From contig CAVUFC010000028.1 in assembly GCA_963740605.1 (NCBI GenBank), positions 40,330 to 104,329 on the forward strand: 64,000 bases of DNA, given 5' to 3'. This stretch comes from an uncultured Solirubrobacteraceae bacterium. GTDB taxonomy: Bacteria; Actinomycetota; Thermoleophilia; Solirubrobacterales; Solirubrobacteraceae. The number at the start of each line of letters is the position of its first letter. Within the stretch, counting starts at the first letter, position 1. Positions 27,826-37,105 of the stretch are shown piece after piece. Under the pieces are notes generated by a model, which saw only the letters and a program-made list of their open reading frames with translations, searched no databases and was not told where the DNA came from. Position numbers and translations under genes: made by a program.

Positions 27826-28347
27826 CTAGTGACCGCGACGGGTGACGCCGGCGGCCCGCAGGTAGCGGAAGCCGTCCTCGCCGTCGTGCTCGACGTAGCC
27901 GGAGTCCTCGACCTGGTCGGCCGAGTCGCGCGCGTCGCGCAGCCAGCGGGCGCCGATCAGGTCGCTCATCCCGGCCGCCTCGTCGAACAGCCGGTCGCCG
28001 TCGACGTCGAGCTTCTCGGTACTGCGGCGGTGGAGCGGGGCGATCAGCATCGCCTCTCCCGCGGCCGCTTCGTCGGCCAGGCTGAGGCCGATGAGCCCGA
28101 GCACGATCGGGCGCTCGCTGTCGAGCCGCACGGCGAGCGCGGCGACACGCTCGCTCCAGGCGCACAGCAGGTCCGCGCGGTCGTGGTCGATCGCATCGCG
28201 GAACGCGGCCTGCCACGTGGGGTCGGCCTCGGTGAACGCCCGGACGGCTCGGGCGATGTGGGAATCCTCGGCGTTCGGGATCGGGCTGTCGTAGTACCCG
28301 TCGATGCGGGGCAGCTCGAGCATCGCCAGTGCGTCGCGGACGTCCAT
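27826..28347 (-). CDS. hypothetical acidic protein (173 aa), no family recognised
   Basis: Clean ORF co-directional with and tightly packed inside the arg operon. Confidence 0.55.
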   Translation of the reverse strand: MDVRDALAMLELPRIDGYYDSPIPNAEDSHIARAVRAFTEADPTWQAAFRDAIDHDRADLLCAWSERVAALAVRLDSERPIVLGLIGLSLADEAAAGEAMLIAPLHRRSTEKLDVDGDRLFDEAAGMSDLIGARWLRDARDSADQVEDSGYVEHDGEDGFRYLRAAGVTRRGH

Positions 28348-28366
28348 GTCAGCTCAGTCAATCACG

Positions 28367-29419
28367 TCAGGGCGACCGCACGCGCGCACGCATGTGCGGG
28401 GTGGCGAACCCGGCGACCAGGGCGAGCAGGATCAGCGTGATCCCGATCGCGAGCGAGACGCCGCCGGCGTCGCGTCCGCCGCCGCCACCGGTCAGGGGCG
28501 GCGGGAGCCGGGTCTCGGACTCGCCGCGCACACTCCCGCTTCCCGTCGACGAGTCGTGCCCCGCCGACTCGCCGGCCACCTGGCCCTTGTCGGGCTCCGG
28601 GACCAGCCCGCCGCCGTCGCCGCCGTCCGCGCTGGTGCCGGCGGCGAGCGCCGTCGGCGTGTTCGGCGTGGCCGCTCCGCCGCACGCACCGGCGCGCGAG
28701 AGGTGGCGCGCTTCACGCACCCCGCGGCGTTCGATCCGCGCGACGCGCCGCACCCGCAGGTCGAGCAGCTGCGCGACGCCTCGGCGCGAGTGCGGCCGCG
28801 CCGAGCCGAGCCCGGTGCGCAGCACGAGTACGCGTCGCTGCAGGGCGCTGAGGTCGTTGAGGCAGGCGCTGAGTCGGGTGACCAGGCGACGCAGCCGGCG
28901 TTCGGCACGGTGGCGCTGCGCCGGCGTGCGGGCGGCGGTGCGCGCGCGGGCGCCGCGACCGCGTGACGACGAGCCGCCCCGCGCGCCGGCACCGCCGGAC
29001 GACGCGCTGGGCGCCGCCGCGGATCCACTGCTGCCCTGCGATGAGGTCGAGCCACCGCCGCCAGAGGAGGATCCACCGCCGCCGCCGCCAGAGGAGGATC
29101 CACCGCCGCCGCCGCCAGAGGAGGACCCACCGCCGCCACCCGAAGGGCCGGTCACGCCCGGCACCGTCGGCAGCGGCACGGAGGGTGGCGCAGTCGGGAC
29201 CGGGACCACGGTCGGCACGGGCACCGGCGGAGGCTTCGGGAGCGGGACCACGGTGGCACCGACCGGCACCGGCACCGGCACCGGCGGAGGCTTCGGGAGC
29301 GGGACGACGGGCGGGACCGGTGGGACCGGTGGGACCGGCGGCAGTTGCGCAGACGTCGACGCCGGCGCTGCAAGAGCCCCCACTCCCGCCACGAGCGCTG
29401 CGACCACCCGCTTCCTCAT
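28367..29419 (-). CDS. signal-peptide protein with Pro-rich and Gly/Ser-rich repeats, sigma-70 region-4-like HTH and C-terminal TM anchor
   Basis: MRKRVVAALVAGVGALAAPASTSA; (PPV)n / VVPLPKPPPVPVP x2; (SSSGGGGGG)x3; LSALQRRVLVLRTGLGSARPHSRRGVAQLLDLRVRRVARIERRGVREA; VSLAIGITLILLALVAGFA + RARVR. Confidence 0.6.
   Translation of the reverse strand: MRKRVVAALVAGVGALAAPASTSAQLPPVPPVPPVPPVVPLPKPPPVPVPVPVGATVVPLPKPPPVPVPTVVPVPTAPPSVPLPTVPGVTGPSGGGGGSSSGGGGGGSSSGGGGGGSSSGGGGSTSSQGSSGSAAAPSASSGGAGARGGSSSRGRGARARTAARTPAQRHRAERRLRRLVTRLSACLNDLSALQRRVLVLRTGLGSARPHSRRGVAQLLDLRVRRVARIERRGVREARHLSRAGACGGAATPNTPTALAAGTSADGGDGGGLVPEPDKGQVAGESAGHDSSTGSGSVRGESETRLPPPLTGGGGGRDAGGVSLAIGITLILLALVAGFATPHMRARVRSP
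29051..29140. repeat. 27-bp tandem coding repeat (~3.3 copies) encoding SSSGGGGGG
   Basis: CCACCGCCGCCGCCGCCAGAGGAGGAT repeated head to tail. Confidence 0.85.
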
Positions 29420-29467
29420 CTACACACCGAATACCGGGAGTACGGGACTCCCAAACCGTCCGCGTCG

Positions 29468-30592
29468 CTATTCGGTCATCAGCCGCCGCAGCCTGGACGC
29501 GGCGTCGTCGATCTGCTCGGCGTCCACTACGAGCGGAGGCAGGAAGCGCAGCGTCCGCGGGCCGGTCGCGTTGATCACCAGACGCTCCTCGAGCAGCGCC
29601 CGCCGCGCGAGCCCCGGAGCATCGCCGGCGACGTCGATCGCGACCATCAGCCCGACCCCGCGCACGTCGCCCACGCCCGGCAGCTCGCGGAGCCGCTCGC
29701 GCAACCGCTCGCCGAGCTCGCGCACGCGCGCGAACAACGCCTCGTCGTCGAGCACGTCGAGCGCGGCGTTGGCGGCCGCGCTCGCCAAAGGACCCCCGGC
29801 GAACGTCGAGCCGTGGTCGCCGGGCACGAACACCTCCGCCAGCGAAGGCCCGATGATCAGCGCGCCGATCGGCACGCCGCCGCCGAGGCTCTTGGCGACC
29901 GTCATCGCGTCCGGCACGACACCGGACTGCTCGTACGCCCACAGCGTCCCGGTGCGGCCGAGGCCGGTCTGGATCTCGTCGAACACCAGCGCGGCGCCGA
30001 CCGCGTCGCACGCCTCGCGCGCGGCGCGCATCAGATCCTCTCCCATGGGCCACACGCCGGACTCGCCGAGGATCGGCTCCATCAGCACCGCCGCGGTCCC
30101 TTCGTCGACTGCCGCGCGCACGGCGTCCGGCGACCGCGGAATCGCGCGAAAGCCCGGCACGAGCGGCGCGAACGGCGCCTGCTTGGACTCCTGCGGCGTC
30201 GCCGACAGGGCGCCGTAGGTGCGGCCGTGGAACGCGTCGTGGAAGACCACGATGTCACCGCGCGGGCGGGCCTTGCGCACGAGCTTCAAAGCCGCCTCGT
30301 TGGCCTCGGCGCCCGAGTTGGCGAAGTACACGACCTTCCCGAACGACCGCTCGACGAGCCGCTCGGCGAGCCGCACGTTCGGCCCGTTGAAGTACAGGTT
30401 GCTGACGTGCATGAGCCGAGCCGCCTGCTCCTGGATCGCGGCGACGACGTGCGGATGGCAGTGGCCGGTGTTGCAGACCGAGATCCCGGCGAGGAAGTCG
30501 AGGTACTCGTTGCCCTCGGCGTCGACGAGCACGCAGCCGGAGCCCGAGGCGAACTCGACCGGATAACGCGCGTAGGTGGGCGCGAGGCTCAC
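29468..30592 (-). CDS. argD: acetylornithine aminotransferase
   Basis: YARYPVEF..GSGCVLVDAEGNEYLDFLAGISVCNTGHCHP, FDEIQTGLGRTG. GTG 30592 overlaps the argB stop (GTGA). Confidence 0.9.
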   Translation of the reverse strand: MSLAPTYARYPVEFASGSGCVLVDAEGNEYLDFLAGISVCNTGHCHPHVVAAIQEQAARLMHVSNLYFNGPNVRLAERLVERSFGKVVYFANSGAEANEAALKLVRKARPRGDIVVFHDAFHGRTYGALSATPQESKQAPFAPLVPGFRAIPRSPDAVRAAVDEGTAAVLMEPILGESGVWPMGEDLMRAAREACDAVGAALVFDEIQTGLGRTGTLWAYEQSGVVPDAMTVAKSLGGGVPIGALIIGPSLAEVFVPGDHGSTFAGGPLASAAANAALDVLDDEALFARVRELGERLRERLRELPGVGDVRGVGLMVAIDVAGDAPGLARRALLEERLVINATGPRTLRFLPPLVVDAEQIDDAASRLRRLMTE

Positions 30593-31437
30593 GACGCGGG
30601 CCTGATCTTGGTGCCCTGGCCGGCGTCGGTGAACAGCTCGAGCAGCACCGAGTGCGGCACCCGCCCGTCGACGATGTGGGCGAAGCTCACGCCACCGTGG
30701 ATGGCGTCCAGGCACGCCTGCAGCTTCGGGCGCATGCCACCGGCCGTCACGCCGAGCGCCTGCTCGACCTCGTCGGCGCCGACCTCGGAGATCACCGACT
30801 CCGGATCGCTCGGATCGCGCAGCCACCCGGGGACATCGGTGAGGAACATGATCTTGTAGGCGCCCAGCGCCCGCGCGACGGCCGCCGCCGCCTCGTCGGC
30901 GTTCACGTTGTGCGAGCGTCCGTCGCGGTCGGCGCCGACCGAGGCGATGACCGGGATGTAGTCGGCGGCGATGTGCTCGATCACGCCGGCGTTGACGCGT
31001 TCGATCCGCCCGACCAGGCCGATGTCCTCGCCGCCCGGGCCCTCCATCGTCGCCACGCGGAAGAGCTGGCCGTCGTCGCCGGACAGGCCGACGCCGGGCT
31101 GGCCGTGGCGGTTGATCCGCTGGACGATGTCCTTGTTGACCTTGCCGACGAGCACCATCTTCGCGATCTCGACCGTCGCTTCGTCGCTGACTCGCAGGCC
31201 ACCGACGAACTCGACCGGCAGGTCGAGCTTCTCCATGTAGCGGGTGATCTCCGGCCCGCCGCCGTGGACGACGATCGGGTTCATCCCGACGTACTTGAGG
31301 AGCACGACGTCGCGCGCGAAATCCTCGCGCAGCGCCGGGTCGTTCATCGCCGCGCCGCCGTACTTGATCACGACCGTGCGACCGTGGAACTCGCGGATGT
31401 ACGGGAGCGCCTCGAGCAGCGTCCCGACGTCGCGCAT
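30589..31437 (-). CDS. argB: acetylglutamate kinase
   Basis: LPYIREFHGRTVVIKYGGAAM, VVHGGGPEI. Confidence 0.9.
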   Translation of the reverse strand: MRDVGTLLEALPYIREFHGRTVVIKYGGAAMNDPALREDFARDVVLLKYVGMNPIVVHGGGPEITRYMEKLDLPVEFVGGLRVSDEATVEIAKMVLVGKVNKDIVQRINRHGQPGVGLSGDDGQLFRVATMEGPGGEDIGLVGRIERVNAGVIEHIAADYIPVIASVGADRDGRSHNVNADEAAAAVARALGAYKIMFLTDVPGWLRDPSDPESVISEVGADEVEQALGVTAGGMRPKLQACLDAIHGGVSFAHIVDGRVPHSVLLELFTDAGQGTKIRPAS

Positions 31438-32663
31438 CACGTCGTGTACTCCGCGTTGAGCGTCACGTAGTCGTGCCCGAGGTCGGAGAAGAACACCTCG
31501 GCCTCGGCCCCCTCGCCCGGCAGGCCGATCGTGTACTCGACCTCCTCGCCCCCCACCGCACCGGCGAGCGCCGACTCGTCGAACGGCAGCGCCGCGCCCG
31601 CGCGGCAGACCTGGACGTCCTCGATCCAGATGTCGAGCGGCAGCGGCGCGCTGTCGTGCAGCGCGGCGCCGACGGCCTGCGCGATCCGGCCCCAGTTCGG
31701 GTCGCCGCCGTTGAGCGCGGTCTTGACGAGCGGCGAGTCGGCGACCGCTCGCGCCGCGCGCGCCACGATCGGCTCGTGACCGCCGTGGACGACAACGCGG
31801 CCGACCCGGCGCGCGCCCTCGCCGTCGCGCACCATCAGGATCGCGAGCCGGCGCAGCAGCATGTCGAGCGCCTGCCCGAACACCAGCTCGTCCTCGGACT
31901 CGGGCGCGATCTGGACGCCACTCGCGCCCGACGCCATCAGGATCGCGGTGTCGTTGGTGGAGAGCTGGCCGTCGACCGAGATGCGGTCGAACGAGCGCTT
32001 GACGCAGACGCCGAGCAGCAGGTCGGCGGTCTCCGGCGTCAGCCCGGCGTCGGTCTCGACGAAGCACAGCATCGTCGCGAACGCGGGCGAGAGCATCCCA
32101 GCGCCCTTCGCCTGCGCGGCGAGCCGCACGGTGCCCGACGGCAGCGCGACTTCAAGGGTCGCGCGCTTGGGGAAGCGGTCGGTGGTGGAGATCGCCTCGG
32201 TGAACAGCTCGTCCCCGTCGGCGGCGAGCTCGCTGCGGGCGGACGCCATCCCGCGGATGATCTTCTCCGTGTCGAGCGGGACGCCGATCACGCCGGTCGA
32301 CGCGATCGCCACGCGATCCTCGGCCACGCCGGCGACCATCGCGCCCGCGCCCTGCATCCGCGCCGCATCCTCGAGCCCGCGGCGGCCGGTGGCGGCGTTG
32401 GCGTTGCCGGAGTTGGCGATCACGGCGCGGATACCGGCCAGCTCGCAGCGCTCCTGCGTGAGCAGGACCGGCGCGGCCAGCACGCCGGAGCGCGTGAACC
32501 GCGCGGCGCTGACCGTCTCCGGGGCGTCGGACACCAGCAGCCCGAGATCGCGCGCGCCTGATGGCTTGAGCCCGCAGGCGACGCCGGACGCGCGGAAGCC
32601 CGCCGGAAGGCCGGGCCCGACCTCGGTGACGTGCTCGGGGATCTCGATCCAGCGCGACTTCAC
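31437..32663 (-). CDS. argJ: bifunctional glutamate N-acetyltransferase / amino-acid acetyltransferase
   Basis: GFRASGVACGLK, ATMLCF autoprocessing-site region. Confidence 0.92.
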   Translation of the reverse strand: MKSRWIEIPEHVTEVGPGLPAGFRASGVACGLKPSGARDLGLLVSDAPETVSAARFTRSGVLAAPVLLTQERCELAGIRAVIANSGNANAATGRRGLEDAARMQGAGAMVAGVAEDRVAIASTGVIGVPLDTEKIIRGMASARSELAADGDELFTEAISTTDRFPKRATLEVALPSGTVRLAAQAKGAGMLSPAFATMLCFVETDAGLTPETADLLLGVCVKRSFDRISVDGQLSTNDTAILMASGASGVQIAPESEDELVFGQALDMLLRRLAILMVRDGEGARRVGRVVVHGGHEPIVARAARAVADSPLVKTALNGGDPNWGRIAQAVGAALHDSAPLPLDIWIEDVQVCRAGAALPFDESALAGAVGGEEVEYTIGLPGEGAEAEVFFSDLGHDYVTLNAEYTT

Positions 32664-33637
32664 AGCCCCTCCCCTTCATCCCGCCCGAACATCAGGTTCA
32701 GGTTCTGGACCGCCTGCGACGACGTCCCCTTCCACAGGTTGTCGATCGTCGCGAACACGATCACGCGGCCGGTGCGCTCGTCGCCGTGGACCGAGATGCG
32801 GCAGTAGTTCGTCTCGCGCACCTCCTGCATGCCCGGCGGACCCTCCACGACCTCGACCCACGGCTCGTCGTCGTAGGCATCCCGGTACAGGGCCGCCACG
32901 TCTTCGGACCGAGTCGGGCTCACATAGCAGGAGACGAGCTCGCCGTAGGCGAGTGGGACGAGGTGCGGGGTGAACGTCACGCGCACGCCGTCGCCCAGCT
33001 CCTGCTCGATCTCCGGGGTGTGGCGGTGACGTCCGACCTTGTACGGCGTCACGGTCTCGTCGACCGCCACGAAGTGCTTCTCGGCGGTCGGCTCGCGGCC
33101 GGCGCCGGACACACCCGACTTCGCGTCGATCACGACGTCGCCGAGCAGCCCCGCCCGGGCGAGCGGCGCCAGCGCGAGGATCGCTGCGGTCGGGTAGCAG
33201 CCAGGGTTGGCGACGAGCCCGGCGCCGGCGATCTCGGCGCGATGCAGCTCCGGCAGGCCGTAGACGGCATCGGCGATCAGCCCGGGGGCGCCGTGCTCGC
33301 CGTACCACTCCTCGTACGTGTCGCGCGAGTGGAGGCGGAAATCGGCCGAGAGGTCGACCACCCGCACGCCTCGTTCGCAGAGCTCGGCAACGACGGGCGC
33401 AGCGGCGCCGTGCGGGTACGCCACCACCGCAGCATCGACCTCAGCATGACGGTGAGGGTCGTACTCCTCGAGCACGAGCGGCACGCGCGAGCGCGGGTGC
33501 ACGGCGTCGAGCCGCTCGCCGGCGTCCGACCGCGCGGTCACGAACGCCAGCTCGAAGTGCGGGTGGCGGTGCAGCAGCGCGCTCGCGACCGCGCCGGCGT
33601 AGCCGGCGGCGCCGAGGACGGCGACTCGTTCAGCCAC
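32660..33637 (-). CDS. argC: N-acetyl-gamma-glutamyl-phosphate reductase
   Basis: VAVLGAAGYAG, NPGCYPTA active-site Cys. GTG 33637 chosen just after the pheT stop. Confidence 0.9.
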   Translation of the reverse strand: MAERVAVLGAAGYAGAVASALLHRHPHFELAFVTARSDAGERLDAVHPRSRVPLVLEEYDPHRHAEVDAAVVAYPHGAAAPVVAELCERGVRVVDLSADFRLHSRDTYEEWYGEHGAPGLIADAVYGLPELHRAEIAGAGLVANPGCYPTAAILALAPLARAGLLGDVVIDAKSGVSGAGREPTAEKHFVAVDETVTPYKVGRHRHTPEIEQELGDGVRVTFTPHLVPLAYGELVSCYVSPTRSEDVAALYRDAYDDEPWVEVVEGPPGMQEVRETNYCRISVHGDERTGRVIVFATIDNLWKGTSSQAVQNLNLMFGRDEGEGL

Positions 33638-36059
33638 GCGGCTCGCCCCCGAGGCGCTCGGCCACGGCGGCGTCGATCTTCTCGCGCCGCTTGGCGACCT
33701 CTTCATCGGTGAGCGTGCGGTCGTTGGCCCGGAACTGCAGGCGCAGCGCCAGCGACACGCGGTCCTCGGTGGGATAGACGTCGAAGATCTCGACCGCGCG
33801 GAGCAGCGGCCCGCCCGCCTCGCGCACGGTCGCGACGACGTCGGCGGCCGCCACGTCGCGCCCGAACCACCACGCCCGGTCCTGCAACACGGCGGGGAAC
33901 GACGTCAGGTCGACGTACCGCGGCACGTACAGCGCCTCGTGCTGGATCATGCCGAGGTCGAGCTCGAACGCGGTCGCGGCCTCAAGGTCCCACGCGCGCG
34001 TGACCTGCGGGTGCAGCTCTCCGATCCAGCCGGCGGGCCGCCCGCCGATCAGCACCTGCGCGCTGCGCCCCGGGTGCAGGAACGGCTCACTTCCCGGTTC
34101 CACGGCCCACGGCACCCGCAGCGCGTCGAGCACCGCCTCGAGCACCGCCTTGGCACTGTAGAAGTCGGCCCGCGGCGGGTCACTCTCGCGCCACGTAGCC
34201 GGCCGCATCGCGCCCGTCAGCAGCGCCCCGACGTGATGGCCCTCGTCGGGGAGCGGCTCCCCGCGCTCCTCGGCCGGCGTCCGCGCGCCCGAGCGCGGCT
34301 GGTCGACGAAGATGGCGCCGATCTCGAACAGCCGAATATCACCCATCCCCCGCGCGCGGTTTCGGTTCGCGACATCCAGCAGCGAGCCGAGCAGCGTCGT
34401 GCGGAGGACCGACATGTCCTCGGACATCGGGTTGCGCAGCGCGACCACCTTGCGGCGCCAGTCGTCGGCCGGGAGCCGCAGGCGTTCGACGAAATCGGGC
34501 GCGGTGAACACCCAGCCGTTGACCTCCGACAGCCCGGCGCCGGCCAGCGTGTCCTCGAGCCGGCGGCGGAGCCGCTGCTCGGGCGTGAGCACGCCGGTGG
34601 CGCCGCGCCGCGACGGCAGCGTGGCCGGGAGTTTCTCCAGCCCCCACAGCCGCGCGACCTCCTCGATCAGGTCCGCTTCGCGGGTCACGTCGCCGCGCCG
34701 GAACGCCGGCACGGTGACCTCGAGGGCGTCGGGCGCGTCGGCGACGCCGAACTCGAGCCGGCGCAGGATGTCGGCCGCCTCGTCACGCGGGATCGCGGTG
34801 CCGAGCACGCGCTCCGTGCGCTCGTCGCGCAGCCGGATCGTCACGGGGTCGGGACCGGGCCCGCCGACGTCGATCGTGCCGCCGACGAGTTTCGCGCCGG
34901 CCAGCTCGGTCATCAGGATCGTCGCGAGGATCTGGCCGTCCATCGCCTGCTCGGGCTGCAGCTGCTTCTCGAACCGGCCCGAGGCCTCGGTGCGCAGGGC
35001 GAGCCGCGTCGACGTGCGCTGGACGTTGGGGCCGTTCCAGGTCGCCGCCTCCATCAGCACGCGCGTGGTCGTGTCGCGCACCTCGGAGCGCTCGCCGCCC
35101 ATGATCCCGCCGATCGACGTCGGGCCGTCGTCGTCGCAGATGATCACCATGTCGGCATCGAACCTGCGCTCGACGTCGTCGAGCGTGGTCATCGTCTCGC
35201 CGTCGAGCGCCCGCCGGACGATCAACCGGCCGCCGCTGACGAGGTCGTGGTCGAACGCGTGCATCGGCTGCCCGGTGGCGAGCATCACGAAGTTGGTGAT
35301 GTCGACGACGTTGTTGATCGGCCGCATGCCCGCGGCGGTCAGCCGCGCCTTCAGCCACTCCGGCGACGGGCCGAGCTTGATGTTTTCGAACAGCCGCGCG
35401 GTGAAGCGCGGGCACAGGTCGGGATCCTGGACCTCGATCGTCACGCCCGGCACGTCGCCCGGCCCGCCGAGATCGGTCGTCCACGGCGGCGGCGTGATCG
35501 GCGCGCCGGTGGCGGCGTGGACCTCGCGCGCGACGCCGTAGATGCTCAGGCAGTCGGGCCGGTTCGGCGTGATCTCGAGCTCGAGCACGTCGGTCGCGAT
35601 CGGGAGCACCTCGATCAGCGGCGTGCCCGGACGCAGCTCGGGATCGAGCACCATGATCCCGTCGTGATCGGGGCCGATCGCGACCTCGTCCTCGGCCAGG
35701 ATCATCCCCGCCGACGCGACGCCGCGCAGCTTGGCCGCCTTGAGCTTCGTGCCGTCCGGCATCACCGCGCCGGGCTCGGCGACCGCGACGATCTGCCCGG
35801 CGGCGACGTTCGGCGCGCCGCAGACGATCGTGCGCGCGTCGCCGTCGCCGACGTCGACCGTGCAGACGGTCAGCCGGTCGGCGTCCGGGTGGCGCTCGGC
35901 GGTCAGCACGCGGCCGACGAGGAAGTGCTCGAGGGCGGCGACGCCGTGGGTGTGCAGCGCCTCGACCTTCGTGCCGGTCATCGTCAGCACGTGCTCGAGC
36001 TCGCTGACGCCGATCCCGGGATCGCAGTAGTCGTGCAGCCAGAACAGCGGGACTCTCAT
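33630..36059 (-). CDS. pheT: phenylalanine--tRNA ligase subunit beta
   Basis: MRVPLFWLHDY..., tRNA-binding, B3/4, B5 and FDX-ACB pattern. ATGA overlap with pheS. Confidence 0.93.
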   Translation of the reverse strand: MRVPLFWLHDYCDPGIGVSELEHVLTMTGTKVEALHTHGVAALEHFLVGRVLTAERHPDADRLTVCTVDVGDGDARTIVCGAPNVAAGQIVAVAEPGAVMPDGTKLKAAKLRGVASAGMILAEDEVAIGPDHDGIMVLDPELRPGTPLIEVLPIATDVLELEITPNRPDCLSIYGVAREVHAATGAPITPPPWTTDLGGPGDVPGVTIEVQDPDLCPRFTARLFENIKLGPSPEWLKARLTAAGMRPINNVVDITNFVMLATGQPMHAFDHDLVSGGRLIVRRALDGETMTTLDDVERRFDADMVIICDDDGPTSIGGIMGGERSEVRDTTTRVLMEAATWNGPNVQRTSTRLALRTEASGRFEKQLQPEQAMDGQILATILMTELAGAKLVGGTIDVGGPGPDPVTIRLRDERTERVLGTAIPRDEAADILRRLEFGVADAPDALEVTVPAFRRGDVTREADLIEEVARLWGLEKLPATLPSRRGATGVLTPEQRLRRRLEDTLAGAGLSEVNGWVFTAPDFVERLRLPADDWRRKVVALRNPMSEDMSVLRTTLLGSLLDVANRNRARGMGDIRLFEIGAIFVDQPRSGARTPAEERGEPLPDEGHHVGALLTGAMRPATWRESDPPRADFYSAKAVLEAVLDALRVPWAVEPGSEPFLHPGRSAQVLIGGRPAGWIGELHPQVTRAWDLEAATAFELDLGMIQHEALYVPRYVDLTSFPAVLQDRAWWFGRDVAAADVVATVREAGGPLLRAVEIFDVYPTEDRVSLALRLQFRANDRTLTDEEVAKRREKIDAAVAERLGGEPRG

Positions 36060-37105
36060 CCGAACTGCTCCAGGAAGCGCAGGTCGTTGTCGTAGAAGAG
36101 ACGCAGGTCGGTGACGCCGTGCTTGAGCATCGCGACGCGCTCGATCCCGAGGCCGAAGGCGAAGCCCTGATGCTTCTCGGGGTCGTAGCCGCCCTCGCGC
36201 ACGTACTCGAACACGTTCGGGTCGACCTCGCCGGCGCCGAGGATCTCGATCCACGCCTCGCCCTTGCACAGCGGGCAGCGCGAGCCGTCCTTCATGAAGC
36301 CGTCGGTGCAGTTGAAGCAGGAGACGTCGCATTCGACGCTCGGCTCGGTGAAGGGGAAGAAGTGCGGGCGCAGCCGTACGCGCCGGTCCTCGCCGAAGTA
36401 CGCGCGCGCGAACGCGAGCAGCGTGCCCTGGAGGTCGCCGAGCGTGACGTCCTCGTCGACCGCGAGGCCCTCGACCTGGTTGAACTGCGGCGTGTGCGTC
36501 GCGTCGTTGTCGCGCCGGTAGGTGCGGCCCGGGACCACGACGTACAGCGGCGGCGGGAACATCTCCATCGCGCGCGTCTGCATCGGTGACGTGTGCACCC
36601 GCAGCAGCACCTCGTCGGAGATGTAGAACGTGTCCGTCGCCTGCCGCGACGGATGCGTCTCGTCGAAGTTGAGGGCGTCGAAGTTGTAGTAGGTGAGCTC
36701 GGTCTCCGGGCCCTCCATCACGCGGAACCCGAGGCCGAGGAAGATGTCCTCGATCTCGCGCCGGGTCTGGGTGAGCAGGTGGATGCGGCCGGGGGCGACG
36801 GCCGGGGAGCCGGGCAGCGTGACGTCGACGACGTCGCCGGCGAGCTTGGAGTCGAGCTCCGCGGTCGCGAGCTCGGTCTCGCGCGCGGCGATCGCGGCCT
36901 CGAGCGCCTTGCGCGCCTCGTTCGCGGCGCGGCCGACCAAGCCGCGCTCCTCGGGCGGGAGCTGGCCGACGCCGCGCAGGAGGTTCGGCAGCTCGGCCTT
37001 GCGACCCAGGAAGCGGACCCGCACGTCCTCGAGCTCGGCGGTGCCCGGGGCGTCGGCGATCGCCGCCTCTCCGGCGGCGCGCAGCTCGCTGATCCTCTCG
37101 TTCAT
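36056..37105 (-). CDS. pheS: phenylalanine--tRNA ligase subunit alpha
   Basis: HPSRQATDTFY, VVPGRTYRRD, GFAFGLGIERVAMLK. Confidence 0.93.
   Translation of the reverse strand: MNERISELRAAGEAAIADAPGTAELEDVRVRFLGRKAELPNLLRGVGQLPPEERGLVGRAANEARKALEAAIAARETELATAELDSKLAGDVVDVTLPGSPAVAPGRIHLLTQTRREIEDIFLGLGFRVMEGPETELTYYNFDALNFDETHPSRQATDTFYISDEVLLRVHTSPMQTRAMEMFPPPLYVVVPGRTYRRDNDATHTPQFNQVEGLAVDEDVTLGDLQGTLLAFARAYFGEDRRVRLRPHFFPFTEPSVECDVSCFNCTDGFMKDGSRCPLCKGEAWIEILGAGEVDPNVFEYVREGGYDPEKHQGFAFGLGIERVAMLKHGVTDLRLFYDNDLRFLEQFG

Noticed and set aside
24261-29140. Short tandem repeats (24261-24518 and 29051-29140) considered as possible CRISPR arrays.
   Set aside because: Their periods are multiples of 3 (54 and 27 bp). 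They have no unique spacers of CRISPR size, lie inside convincing ORFs and encode acidic or Gly/Ser linkers. No cas genes are present.
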